A stretch of DNA of 56,718 bases, taken from a virus (lineage: Duplodnaviria > Caudoviricetes). This document shows positions 11,301 through 23,500 of the stretch, piece by piece (the first letter of the stretch is position 1; every line of letters starts with the position of its first letter). The DNA is taken from positions 1-56,718 of the IMG/VR virus record IMGVR_UViG_3300050343_000137, one strand, 5' to 3'. The notes below the pieces were generated by a model. It saw nothing but the letters and a program-made list of their open reading frames with translations. It searched no databases and was not told the origin of the DNA. Made by a program: the position numbers and the translations under genes.

Positions 11301-12784
11301 ACATAGCAGATTTAACACAAGAAATATCTGATATGCAAGCAGATTTAGTTTTTGATAATATAACAATTACTAATGCTGCAAAAGACCAGTTGACTATTGC
11401 AGAGGCAAAAGCAGCAGTAGACGAAGCTATTAGTGAATTTGGAAGAAAAGGTGTAGTTACTAAAAAAGAAAATATAAATCTTTTACAAATGGAATTAAAT
11501 GTAGCAAAGATGCAAGACCAAATAGATAATAAAATGGACAAACGCCGTCAAAAATCTTTAAGAGATAAAAAGAAAGAAATTAAATTTTTAGAGCTTGCTT
11601 TAGAACAGGGTGTTATTGAACAATTAGACTTAGATGCTGCTAGAGAAGACTTAGCAGAAATGCAAACACCAATATCTGGAAAACAATTAGATTTACTTAA
11701 ACTACAAAAAGAAATAGCAGAAGCAGAATTTACCGCAGCTAAAGAAAGAGCAAAAGGTTTATCGCCAGAAATAATAAGTGCTATTGAAAATTACAATAGT
11801 GAGTTAGATGTTACAACAGACAGAGCTGATGAAGTTGCTAAAATGCAAGAAGATGTTAATAGAAAAACAGCAGATTTAAATATTACATTAGCAGAAAATG
11901 CTGTGAAATATGATGACATAGCTAAAAAGTTTCCAGACTTTAAAGATAAAGTATCAGAAATAGCTTCCATGATTGGTATACCAGAGGAAATGTTAAGTAC
12001 AGCTTTAGGTTCTATGGAAGAAAGTGTTACAGCTTTTATTGATTATGTTGATTATGCAGAACAATATAAAGATAAAGTTATGAGTGGTTCATCTGCTGGT
12101 TTTGATACTGGAACTGGCAAAGGAGAAAGGCCAATTGTAGATGACAAATATTTACAAGACCAATCTGATGACGAATTTGCACGAGACAAGTTAGCAGCTG
12201 GTGAGTTACATACATATGAACCAGAAACAAAATATGTTCCACCATCAAAGAAAAATCTTCCTTTTACAGGTTTCGGAATGTATCCTGGTATGAAAACTCA
12301 AAGAGAATTACCAGATGTAAGCCTTAGTAGTAACCCATATTCTGGTTTTGGAATGTATCCGGGTATGACTTCTAACATAGATTTTTCAAAATTTAGTTTA
12401 CCTAAATTTGAGGTAAAACCATTTAATATGCCAGAGTCACCTGTTGATACTGATGGCTATAAAGGCATTACAGGTGGATATGAATTTGACCGTTTTAAAA
12501 ACATGTTTAATAATGCTTATGGTGGAAATGTTCCTGTAGGTAGAAGTTCTGTTGTTGGAGAAATGGGACCGGAAGTTATTATGTCAACACCGGGTGGAAC
12601 ATCTGTTTTTTCAAATAAAACAGGAGGTAGCTATGGAGGTGTTACAGTAGAGAATATGAATGTAAATATTACAGGACTTCCCGCTGACCCAATAAGTGCA
12701 AGAAAAGCTGCTATAAATATTAGAAAAGAACTTACTAAGTTAGAAAACGAAGGTAGTGCAGGAACAGGTTTAAGAAATAGATGA
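8379..12784 (+). CDS. Tape measure protein, TP901-like (indel near 8878 splits the ORF)
   Basis: FEDSFAGIRKTVD, GELGGQLG, LGNNFAA..., C-terminal VGEMGPEV; long helical Ala/Leu-rich body. Confidence 0.93.
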
Positions 12785-12903
12785 TTGATAACAAAGAAAA
12801 ACATTATTTAAAAGCTTGTAAATCAGACTGGAATTGCGGCGAGTATTTTTATGGTCCTCAATATAAATATTGCAAAAAATGTAGAGCTAAGGAGATGTGC
12901 TAA
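12781..12903 (+). CDS. 40-aa Cys-rich micro-protein
   Basis: MIDNKEKHYLKACKSDWNCGEYFYGPQYKYCKKCRAKEMC*; ATGA overlap with the tape measure stop and TAATG overlap with the next gene. Confidence 0.6.
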   Translation: MIDNKEKHYLKACKSDWNCGEYFYGPQYKYCKKCRAKEMC

Positions 12904-14165
12904 TGTCTAATGAACATCAAATAACAATAGGTCATCTTAATTTTACCTCACCTAGCTCTTTAAATTTTGCTACAGACCCAACATCAAGAACATTTACTTT
13001 AAGTGGAACAATAGCACACACCAATACTTCTCAATTAGATTTAGCTGAAGTCAAATATATTAGAGATGAACTTTCTTCTATGTCTAATTATGGAATATTT
13101 TATCCTCTAACATACACAGGAGATTCTACACTCAAAGGATACTGTAAGATAAACAGTGCGAGTGTAGACATTACAAGATATGGTGGAGCAGGTATAAAAT
13201 ACAACATTATGGGAAACTGGTTAGGAAATCCAGGTGAGATAAGATTTGAATCACAATTTTCTGGTGCTTTACTAGATAATGACCATAGTGTAACTTCTAC
13301 AACTTCTCAATTTTTTGCTGTACCTTCACAAGCTTTTTCAGTGCATATACCTGCTGTTGGAACTGGTACAACACCGAATGTAGAGCAAAGAATTGCTTCT
13401 TATGGAACAGGAACTACTACGCTTAACTATTTTAGTAGTAGCAACATAAGAGCTGATAATGTAGAATTTGAGTGTAATCCCATAGATTATCTAAAGGGTG
13501 CGGTAAAGATTTCTACTAATGGAAAAGTAAGAAATGGCTTACTAAGTCCTAATGACAATGTTGACCAAACAGTTATAGAAAATGGATTAGTCAAGATGGA
13601 GTTAACCGAAAGTAATACTCAATCAAGATTTACAATTTATGTTTGGGAAAATGATGACTGGAGAAGTGCTAAACAATTTGCGGTATCAAAGGGTACATCT
13701 AAAACAGAGTGGGATGGTTGGAATACAGTAAATATTATTAAAAATTATGCTGAGTGCGGTACAGTAAGATTTACTTCGCAAGCAAATACTGATGGTAGTG
13801 GAAGACTGACATTCGATGTTTCTTTAAGAAGAGGGTCAAGGTACTTTAGCTTGATTATTAATTCTTATGGAAATGCAGACGAAATAAGAATACAGAGAAC
13901 AGCAACAGAAGCATCTAGCTCTGGTACTGGATATATAGTTTCATCAACAAATGACTCAGAAGGTAACTTCTTTATTCTTGGTTCGCCGAACACCTTTAGT
14001 TCAGATTTGACCGAGGGTGGGATTTACCTTACTGCTACACAAATGAAAGCATTTGTTGGGTACTGTTTAGATGGTACATCAGCTGCTGGAGAAAATACTC
14101 CAGACAATATGCGAGATTCTTATTTTGATTATTTGTATGAGCATGTAAGGTCAATCAAGTCATGA
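12903..14165 (+). CDS. Distal/minor tail protein
   Basis: Beta-rich ORF directly after tape measure; start at 12903 preferred because of the TAATG overlap. Confidence 0.75.
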   Translation: MSNEHQITIGHLNFTSPSSLNFATDPTSRTFTLSGTIAHTNTSQLDLAEVKYIRDELSSMSNYGIFYPLTYTGDSTLKGYCKINSASVDITRYGGAGIKYNIMGNWLGNPGEIRFESQFSGALLDNDHSVTSTTSQFFAVPSQAFSVHIPAVGTGTTPNVEQRIASYGTGTTTLNYFSSSNIRADNVEFECNPIDYLKGAVKISTNGKVRNGLLSPNDNVDQTVIENGLVKMELTESNTQSRFTIYVWENDDWRSAKQFAVSKGTSKTEWDGWNTVNIIKNYAECGTVRFTSQANTDGSGRLTFDVSLRRGSRYFSLIINSYGNADEIRIQRTATEASSSGTGYIVSSTNDSEGNFFILGSPNTFSSDLTEGGIYLTATQMKAFVGYCLDGTSAAGENTPDNMRDSYFDYLYEHVRSIKS

Positions 14166-17158
14166 GCGTAAACGAAAAATTAATGACTCCAGGTACATTT
14201 AATGTACTACTTAATCTTGAAACAACTCCTAACTCAGTAGTCAACTCTATAGAGCCTTGGGGTAATATTGTTCTAACTCCTACAAGAATAAACCCAGAAG
14301 AATTTACAGACACGCAAATAAGAAACATGTCTAGGTATGTAGGTATTGTTACTTCACAAGAAATATCTGAAGAAGGTATAGATGTGTCTGGTAAAGGTGT
14401 TCTTGCTTATCTTGGAGATACAGATTCTCGTGGTATGGTCCTTGCTAGAAATGCAGGTGTCGGTGCAGTAAGAAGTTATGTTGACGACACACTAGATGAT
14501 GTTGTTGATAGAAGTACATCAACTCCTTATGGATTACTTAGAGATGAGGATGCACTACAAAGAGCTGTAAGAAAAGGTACTGTTACAGAGGTAACTTACG
14601 ATGATACAGTTTTACTTTTAAATTTTGAAGGAACTAACGGAGATACAACTACTACTGATGGTTCTGCATTTACTCAAAATCAAGTAATCAGTTTTATAGG
14701 AACTTCTGATATATCTACCGACCAAGCTAAGTTTGGAAGCACAAGTCTTAATTTAACTACAGATGGCGTAGTAACAATTGCTGACCGACCAGAGTTTGAC
14801 TTAACATTTAGAGATTTTACAATCGAATGGTGGGAATACAGAAACTCTGGAGGAACTAATCCTACTGTTGCTGCTAGAAATAATGATACATACTCCCCTT
14901 GGATTGCAGGAAAATTATCTGGTGGTAATAATACATTTTTAGCAACACATGATGGAGATGGTTATAACGAAACAGAAGACTTAAACATAAGTATGGGTTC
15001 TATAGATTTAAATCAATGGAATCATTTTACTGTAACAAGACAAGGACAAACATTTAGAACTTTTAAAAATGGTACAAAAATTACAGAGGTAAACAGACCA
15101 GACTTATATATAAGAGTTAATTCAGACGCAATGCAAATAGGTAAAGCACAAGGTGGCAATTTCTTTAATGGATACATAGATGCCTTTAGAATTGTAAAAG
15201 GTACAGCTCTTTATACAGCAGACTTTACACCAGATACATCTGCTCCTGTAGCAACAACAGCAGCTAAAAAATATACTGGTAAACATTATATGGAATCAGC
15301 TTATAAAGCTTTTAAAGATGTAGCTGTAGCAATTGGAGCAGAGTTCAAAATGAATAATAATGGAACAATTGATGTAGGACCTCCAGAAGCTTTATTTACA
15401 GGACACGAGAATAATACTCCACAAGGAATGATTGTAAGAGATATGTCCGGTGCAGACCCTTCTATACAGGGTTATTCCGGTATTGATTTAAGTACAGAGT
15501 TTAATGCAGAAGATTATGTAAGCCGTGTAGAACTAATAGCTTCTAACTACGGTCTAGAAATAAACTTAGGTCAAGCAGATGCCAAAAGTGTACCTTACAA
15601 AGATTTGTTTGGAAATGAACTAGAAAGAATACAGATATTATCTGAAAATGATGTACCAGATTCTTTGCGAGATATCAGAGCAGAGGCATACTTAAATGAA
15701 TACAACAAAATACAAAAAACTTTAAATGTTGGGTTAGAAGATTATGATGTTTCTGGCGATATAGGTGTTGGAGACATTATATTTGTTTGGGACCCGGATG
15801 TTGGATTTGAAGATACAGCAACAGATGCCACATTAGAAAATAGAGATAGACACGAGATAACTTATCAAGGTCAAATATTACATCCTATAAAAATTAGAGT
15901 TATGGGTCTTTCTTTTCCTATTACAGAATCTATGGGTGTTTTTTATAGAGATGGTAATGGAAGCTATACTGACTTAACAGATTATATTGAATTTGAAGTT
16001 GGAGTAACACAGATAGAAGTAGGTTCTACAACTAAAAACATTAATGAAGATTTAAGAGGTTCTGCTTCTATTATTTCTGTAGGTGGAACTAACGAGTTTA
16101 CTGTACCAGATGCTCCAACAGGATTTTCAGCAGCTACAGGAACATATCAAGACGGCACAGGAAGACCCTTTGCCTTTGCTAAATTAAACTGGGTAGAGCC
16201 AACAAACACAGATGGTTCAAGAATTACTGATGGTAATATGTATCGAGTTAGGTACAGACAGGTAACTGATAGCGATGGTAATAATTTAATTGACCAAAAT
16301 GATAATCAAGTTATTGACTACGAATATCTGACTATAGAATTTGGAACTACTGCTGCCGTTATAAAAGGTTTAGGTTCACAAAATACATACGAGTTTGGAG
16401 TTGCAGCAATAGATAACTCTGGATTTTCTGGAGGCTTCTCAGTTCTTACAGCTGTCGCTATGCCTTCTGATGCTACAATACCACCAGAGCCTTTACCTCC
16501 TACAGGTACTTTTGGAACAGTTGCAGCTAACCCCACTCGTGTGCAGATACAACATAACTTAGGTGCTGCTAAAGATGCAAATGGTAACTCAATTAGTTCT
16601 CCAGTTAACTTTTCTTTACCTGTTGATATAGACCATTTAAATGTTTATAGAGGTACAACTTCTAATTTCACAATTAGTTCAAGCAACTTAGTAGGACAGA
16701 TAGAAGCTAAATCAGCTCATGTTACTTTGGGAATACCTGCTATCGGAGATTTTCCCTCTACAACAGAAGGTGTTGCATACTATAAAGTTACAGCAGTTGA
16801 TGTTGCTGGAAATGAATCAACAGCTTCTACAGCTGGACAAGTAACAGAAGAATTAGTTAATACGGCATTTATTTCAAATGCAGCTATTACAGAAGCAAAG
16901 ATTGAAGACTTAGCAGTTACTAGTGCAAAGATAAATAGTTTGGAAGCTGGAAAAATAACAGCAGGAACTATTAGTGGTAAAGAAATTATTATAGATACAG
17001 ATACTACAGATTCTTCAAACCCTGTATTGGGAACAATAAGAAGTAATAACTATGTATCTGGAACTGCTGGTTGGGTTATAAAGTCAGACGGTACAGTAGA
17101 GTTCGAGGGCGGAGAGTTCCGTGGTACACTTAGAGCTGGAGAGATACATCTAGGATAA
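14162..17158 (+). CDS. Tail tip/hub protein with LamG-like and FN3 domains
   Basis: DFTIEWW, NQWNHFTVTR, FNGYIDAFRIVKG (LamG); VPDAPT, YEFGVAAID, YYKVTAVDVAGNES (FN3); AITEAKI..LAVTSAKI. Confidence 0.85.
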   Translation: MSVNEKLMTPGTFNVLLNLETTPNSVVNSIEPWGNIVLTPTRINPEEFTDTQIRNMSRYVGIVTSQEISEEGIDVSGKGVLAYLGDTDSRGMVLARNAGVGAVRSYVDDTLDDVVDRSTSTPYGLLRDEDALQRAVRKGTVTEVTYDDTVLLLNFEGTNGDTTTTDGSAFTQNQVISFIGTSDISTDQAKFGSTSLNLTTDGVVTIADRPEFDLTFRDFTIEWWEYRNSGGTNPTVAARNNDTYSPWIAGKLSGGNNTFLATHDGDGYNETEDLNISMGSIDLNQWNHFTVTRQGQTFRTFKNGTKITEVNRPDLYIRVNSDAMQIGKAQGGNFFNGYIDAFRIVKGTALYTADFTPDTSAPVATTAAKKYTGKHYMESAYKAFKDVAVAIGAEFKMNNNGTIDVGPPEALFTGHENNTPQGMIVRDMSGADPSIQGYSGIDLSTEFNAEDYVSRVELIASNYGLEINLGQADAKSVPYKDLFGNELERIQILSENDVPDSLRDIRAEAYLNEYNKIQKTLNVGLEDYDVSGDIGVGDIIFVWDPDVGFEDTATDATLENRDRHEITYQGQILHPIKIRVMGLSFPITESMGVFYRDGNGSYTDLTDYIEFEVGVTQIEVGSTTKNINEDLRGSASIISVGGTNEFTVPDAPTGFSAATGTYQDGTGRPFAFAKLNWVEPTNTDGSRITDGNMYRVRYRQVTDSDGNNLIDQNDNQVIDYEYLTIEFGTTAAVIKGLGSQNTYEFGVAAIDNSGFSGGFSVLTAVAMPSDATIPPEPLPPTGTFGTVAANPTRVQIQHNLGAAKDANGNSISSPVNFSLPVDIDHLNVYRGTTSNFTISSSNLVGQIEAKSAHVTLGIPAIGDFPSTTEGVAYYKVTAVDVAGNESTASTAGQVTEELVNTAFISNAAITEAKIEDLAVTSAKINSLEAGKITAGTISGKEIIIDTDTTDSSNPVLGTIRSNNYVSGTAGWVIKSDGTVEFEGGEFRGTLRAGEIHLG

Positions 17159-19113
17159 TGGCAGTAGCAGACGGATTTCATGTAGATAGCAACGGAAACC
17201 TTTGGTTAGGTTCCAACCGAGAAACTTTTGACGCAACAACTCGTTCAGAAGCACCTTTTTATGTTTATGCTAACGGTAACATGGTTGCTAATTCTGGTAC
17301 CTTTGCAGGTACACTATCTTCTGGAATTTCTATATCTGCTCCAGTAATAACTGGAGGAAGCATATCCGGTACTAGTGGTAGTTTTACAGGAAGTATATCT
17401 GGAGCTAGTGGTACTTTTACTGGTGATTTATCTGGTTCTGATATAACTGGTGGAACAATAGATATTGGTAGCGGAACATTTACTGTTGATTCCCTTGGAG
17501 CTATGGTTGCAACCTCTGGAACTATTGGTGGTTGGACAATAGGTTCAACAGATTTATCTGCTGGAAATATATCAATAGATTCTGGAGGAACAATATCAGC
17601 TAACTATTCAGCAAATACTGGATGGAAGGTAGAAGCAGATGGAGATGCTTTTTTTAATAAAGTTGATATAAGAATAGGTGGAGCTTCTTCACAAAACCCT
17701 ACTACAGGATTTACTACATTAGATATTGGTAGTGCAAAATTAAGCGAATTTAACGATGATTTGTGGATAAATGCAAAAAGGGTATTGATTTATGACCAAG
17801 ATGCCACTGCTAGTGCAAGTAGCCCTTCTTTGTTTCTTTTTGCGACATATGGTCAGCCGGGTTGGTATGTAGATGATGGACAAATAGGCAGAACAAAATT
17901 ATATTATTCAAATGGTGTAAATAATGTTTTTCATACTGAAAGCGATAATACTTATTTACATTTAGATGGAAGTGGTATTCAAGTAGGTACCGCTACAGGT
18001 GGCAATAGTCAATATATAGGTAAAAATAGCTCTGGTTCATTTGGTTGGCATAATTTACCTTCAACTGGTGGTTCACATGCAGATAGTGACCATACAAGTT
18101 TCGCATCAACAACTTCTTTAAATAATCACACTGGAAGTACTAGTGCTCATAGCTATAGTCCAATATCTATAAATGGATTATCAATGCAACATGGATATGG
18201 GATAGATATTATCGGCACTGGAGATATTTCAGTTTCTGCTTATAATAGTGGAGGTTATAAAGTTGAAATTAATCATGATGATAGTGACCATAGTTTTAGC
18301 TCTAGTAATGTTTCAGTATCAGCAGGCGCAGTAACTTCTAATGCAGGATACTTTCTAAGAACTTTATCAGCTAGTAACAATGTTATTACATACAACAGAA
18401 GTGATTTTGGTTCTGGTTTAAAAATAAATAGCCAAAGACCTTCTTCTAATAACAACAGTTCAGTTGGTATATCAACAATAGAATATAATGAAATGCACTC
18501 AAGAAATGGTAACTTTACATTTGTATATGGTGCTAATTTAGGTTCTTCTTCTCAAGAAATTAAAACAGATATTACTGATTTAGATTTAGGCTTAAATTTT
18601 ATAAATGATTTAACACCAAAAAAATATAAATATGTCGGTCAAGTAAAGGAAAATGATGATAAGTACGGATTCGGATTTATAGCTGAGGATATAGAACAAG
18701 TATTAGTAGATAACAGTGAAACTGATTCTAAATTATTTGTTGAGGGTAAAGATGATTACTCGTCTTATGGTAGATGTGCTCATGAATTAACTTGTACTTG
18801 TGAGGATGAAGATTGCTGTTCATATCCAACAGAAACTTATAATGCCGATACAGGTGAACACACATCAACAGAAGGTTGTATGTTTGATGCTAAATGTGTG
18901 CAACCTTGTTGTACTGATACAGCAGGAGCAACAATAGATGGTGTAAATTATATACATGCTACTGAAGATGAGTGTGAAGAAGAATTTATAGTATCACAAA
19001 AATATCCGTCACTTAAATATGATGAATTAATTGCACCATTAGTAAAAGCAGTACAAGAACTCTCAGCTAAGAATGATGAGCTACAATCAAGAATAGAAGA
19101 ACTGGAGGGATGA
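17158..19113 (+). CDS. Tail fibre/spike with C-terminal peptidase S74 intramolecular chaperone
   Basis: IKTDITDLDLGLNFINDLTPKKY, GFIAEDI, LKYDELIAPLVKAVQELS followed by a coiled coil. Confidence 0.88.
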   Translation: MAVADGFHVDSNGNLWLGSNRETFDATTRSEAPFYVYANGNMVANSGTFAGTLSSGISISAPVITGGSISGTSGSFTGSISGASGTFTGDLSGSDITGGTIDIGSGTFTVDSLGAMVATSGTIGGWTIGSTDLSAGNISIDSGGTISANYSANTGWKVEADGDAFFNKVDIRIGGASSQNPTTGFTTLDIGSAKLSEFNDDLWINAKRVLIYDQDATASASSPSLFLFATYGQPGWYVDDGQIGRTKLYYSNGVNNVFHTESDNTYLHLDGSGIQVGTATGGNSQYIGKNSSGSFGWHNLPSTGGSHADSDHTSFASTTSLNNHTGSTSAHSYSPISINGLSMQHGYGIDIIGTGDISVSAYNSGGYKVEINHDDSDHSFSSSNVSVSAGAVTSNAGYFLRTLSASNNVITYNRSDFGSGLKINSQRPSSNNNSSVGISTIEYNEMHSRNGNFTFVYGANLGSSSQEIKTDITDLDLGLNFINDLTPKKYKYVGQVKENDDKYGFGFIAEDIEQVLVDNSETDSKLFVEGKDDYSSYGRCAHELTCTCEDEDCCSYPTETYNADTGEHTSTEGCMFDAKCVQPCCTDTAGATIDGVNYIHATEDECEEEFIVSQKYPSLKYDELIAPLVKAVQELSAKNDELQSRIEELEG

Positions 19114-19412
19114 TGGCTGAAGAAGTAAAAAAACCAAAGCCTAAAAAACAAGAATTTGAATATAAATTATTAGGTCATGGAGATAAATTAGGTCTGTTAT
19201 TAGAAGCAATGCTTGATTATGAGCAAGCTCTTTTTAATCACAATATAAATATGCTTGATGAAAATCATTCTGAATATAGTGCATGGAAAGAAACAAAAGA
19301 TGAAATACAAAGAGAAATTATGAGATTAAGATTTCTTTATGAAAAACTAGGAGGCAGTTGGGAAAACTTTCAAGATTATCCGGAAGTTGATGAACGCGGC
19401 GAGTTTGAGTAA
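19110..19412 (+). CDS. Hypothetical protein
   Basis: 100-aa ORF with GGAGG RBS, overlapping the upstream stop. Confidence 0.65.
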   Translation: MMAEEVKKPKPKKQEFEYKLLGHGDKLGLLLEAMLDYEQALFNHNINMLDENHSEYSAWKETKDEIQREIMRLRFLYEKLGGSWENFQDYPEVDERGEFE

Positions 19413-20560
19413 TGGCACAAACTAATCATGTTGACACAAGTCTGGAGATGGCGACAAGTTCATCTTATACAAATACATTTCAAGGTTTTCAAGCAAATAA
19501 CTATGTAACTAAAATAGAATCCTTACAAGATATTCTTTATCTTGACGGTAAGTCTATATTTTCCGATGGTGCTTTATCTATTGGTACATCTAACAGTAAC
19601 CCAGTGTACTTAGGTAGCTGATTCTACATGCTTATTTAAAAATTGAAACAGATGGAACAGATAAACTTTGTATCTGGAAAAATGTCTATTGATGGTGATA
19701 CTGGTTCTGTAGGTCAAGTATTATCTACTGATGGTAAGTGGTAATATGTCTTGGCTTACTGTAGATTTTACCCAATACGCCTTTTCTAACATTGCTGTAT
19801 CTGGCGAAGTACAACTATACAAGCTAGCTCTACTAGTGATACTTTAACTTTTGCTGCCGGTAGCTGGTATTAGACTTTGCAACTTCTGGCAGTACAGTAA
19901 CTATCTCGAGTGACAGTTCTGCTCACAATACATTTAAATTTATAGCACCAGTTAGACGGTGCAGGTTCTAGTATCTGGTAATACTATTACAGCCGATAGT
20001 CAAAACGATACATTAAGTTTTGTCGCTGGTTCTGGAATAATCTCTATCTTTTGATGAAAATAACGACAGAATTACATTTGAGGCAAGTGCAAGCAGGCGA
20101 AAGTAACCAGAACGCTATCACTTCTCTTTCTGTGTGATGGTCAGTCTACACTATCTGCTGGTCAAGCTAGTGATGCAACAATTTTTGATTCTGTAACTGA
20201 CAGAAATATTGTAGAGATTACAGTACTGATACCGCTACAAAAAAAGTTAACTTCAAAGCTAAATTACCAAGAACTTTAAGTATGAGTGGTAGAATACCTA
20301 CAAGGTTAAGTGACGGAAACTTATCTGGAATGCCAATAAACAATCACTTTATTAACAGAACTGTATCTGGTGCAGAAGTTAGTGGAGGTGGAACTTCAGT
20401 AGGTTTCAGTACACGAGCTGTTGTTTGTAATGAGGCCAATGGAACTGTTCATAAAATAACAATGCCAGCTTCAACAAATAATAGTCTTTTATTTAATCTT
20501 AGAAAACCCGATAATAGCTTACAAGAATTAGAGATAGATATGGCAGAAAGCAATATATAA
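19412..20560 (+). CDS. Fibre-like virion protein broken by many indels
   Basis: Fragments GQVLSTDG, AFSNIAVSG, DTLTFAAG are shared with the downstream fibre; ORFs 19412 and 20282 are its two ends. Confidence 0.6.
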
Positions 20561-23500
20561 ATGACAGTTAAAAGTCCAATTAGGTATGTATTCGATGCTA
20601 GCGGTAACATAACCGAGTTCTCAGAATTTCAAGCATCAGACTTTATAGCCATAGCAGACGGTGGAACCGGGGCAATAACAGCTTCGGGTGCAAGAACGGC
20701 TTTAGGATTAGAGATAGGCGTAGACATTCAAGCCTACGATGCAGAACTTCAAGCATTATCTGGATTAACACCAACTGATTCTAATTTTATTGTTGGTAAC
20801 GGAACTACTTTTGTTACAGAATCTGGTTCCACAGTTAGAAACTCATTAGGTTTAGGGACAGCTGACTCTGTAGAATTTAATACAATACAAACTGCTAATT
20901 TAACAATAGGTGGTCCTTCTCTTAACATTAGAGGGTGCTACTAATGATTCCTTTGAATCTACTTTAGTAGTCACAGACCCGACTGCCGACAGAACAATAA
21001 CTTTTCAAGACGCGACTGGAATAGTTGCTTTATTATCTGATGTAACAGCACAAGATGTTGATTTTGCAGGTGATACAGGAACTGGTGCAGTAGATTTAGA
21101 CTCACAAACTTTTACAATTCAAGGCACTACTAACGAAATAGAAACTAGTGCTAGTGGTCAGATTTTGACAATTGGTTTGCCAAACGATGTAACTATAGGT
21201 AACGACTTAACTATTACAGGTAACTTAACTGTTCAAGGAACTCAAACAATATTAGAAACAGAAACCTTAACAGTAGATGATAATGTTATAGTCCTAAACT
21301 CTAATGCAACTGGCTCTGCAACTGTCGATGCTGGTATAGAGATAGAAAGAGGAGATGACTCTAATGTAACTCTTGTATGGGACGAAACAAACAACAGATG
21401 GACTGTTGGCTCAGAATCTTTTGTTGCCTCTACCTTTATAGGTAACTTAACTGGTAATGTTACTGGAAATGTAACAGGAAATGTTGCAGGAGATTTAACA
21501 GGTAATATAACCGCGACATCTATACTTGCTGATGGTGTAACAGCTAGTACTCAATCAGTTGGAGATAATTCAACTAAAGTTGCAACTACTGCTTATGTAG
21601 ATGCACAAGTAGCTACTGAAGATACATTAGCAGAAATGAACGATGTAACACTTACAAGTTCACAAAACGGAGATTTCTTAAGATACAACGGGAGCGTATG
21701 GATTAATGACGCAGTTGATTTAGCAACAGATACTGTAGGTGATTTCGTACAAAGCATAACTGCTGGTAATGGTTTAGCAATAGATGTTACTTCTGGCGAA
21801 GCACAAACACCAAGTCTGTCTGTTAATGTTGATGATAGCTCTATAGAGATAGATACTGATACATTACAAGTAAAAGCTCTAGGTATTACAAATGGAATGC
21901 TTGCTGGTTCTATTGACAACACAAAACTTACAAACAGTTCGGTAACTATAAATGCTAATGCTCTATCACTTGGTGGAACATTAACATTAGTTACAGACGA
22001 TATAGCAGAAGATGGTTCACCAACTAATCTTTGGTATACAGACGCAAGGGTCGGAACTTACCTTACAACTAATAGCTACGCTACAGAAACTTATGTTAAT
22101 AACGCAGTAGCAACCGAAAACGAAATAAGCGAAATGAATGATGTTACATTGACATCTTTAGCTACAAACCAAGTATTAAGATACAACGGTTCAGCTTGGG
22201 TTAATGTTACTTTAGACACAGATGATATTGTTGAAGGTTCAACAAACCTTTATTACACAACTACAAGGGCTAATACAGATATAGATGCAAGAGTAGATAA
22301 AGCGTTTGTTGATGCTCTTAATGTAGATGCAGATACCTTAGATGGTATTAACAGCACAGGATTTGCTACAGCTGCTCAAGGAACATTAGCTGATAGTGCT
22401 GTACAACCAAGTGATAATATATCAACTCTTACTAATGACAGTGCATTTATAACTCTTACAAGTTTATCTGGAACATCTGGTGTTACTTATAACAATGCAA
22501 CTGGTGCAATATCTATTGGACAGCCAGTAGCAACTACTGACAATGTTACATTTAATAATATAACTGTAGATGGAGTACTTAATTCAGACGACATAACAGC
22601 TACAACTATGACTGTTTCTAATGATTTAGTTGTAACTGGAGATTTAACAGTACAAGGAACAACTACAACTCTTAATACTGACACAGTATCTACTGAAGAA
22701 AATATGATAAAACTTGCTAGTGGTAATACTGGTAACGGAACAGACATTGGTATATACGGTAAAGTTGTTCAGTCGTCCACAACTAAATATGTAGGTTTAC
22801 ATTGGGACCCAGGTGTAGGTCAAAATAAATTTAAACTGTTTGACAGTCTAACTGTTGAACCAACAGGTACAGTTGATACTGCTGATGCTTCTTATAACAA
22901 AGCAGTATTAGTAGCAGACATAGAGGGTGCTTTAACTGGTAATGCAGATACTGCAACAGCTTTAGCTTCTGGACAAAACTTCTCATTAACTGGAGATGTC
23001 ACTGCTAGTGCAATAAGCTTTGATGGAAGTGGTGCAGTAGCGTTAGCAACAACAGTAACTGAAAGTGCTGTAACTCAGCATCAAGCTGCATTAAGTATTA
23101 CTGAATCACAAATATCTGATTTACAGTCTTACTTAACTGCTGAAACAAATGATTTAACTTCTGCTGTAACTTGGGCAAATGTACCAGATACAAACATAAC
23201 ACAAAGTTCTGTTACACAACATCAAGCAGCTTTATCAATAACAGAATCACAAATTTCTGATTTAGGAAGTTATATAACTGCTACATCTAGTGATACTCTT
23301 ACTGGTAAAACAATAAACTTTGAAAATAATACTGTAATAGTAGAATATGCAGTAACAGTAGCTGGTGGTAAATTCCTCATAGATGGAGAGTCACAAGCAA
23401 CAATATCATTCAACCCAGGTATTACATATAGATTTGACTTATCAAGTAGTTCAACATCTTCACATCCATTTGCTTTATCTACAACAGACAATAACTCTGG

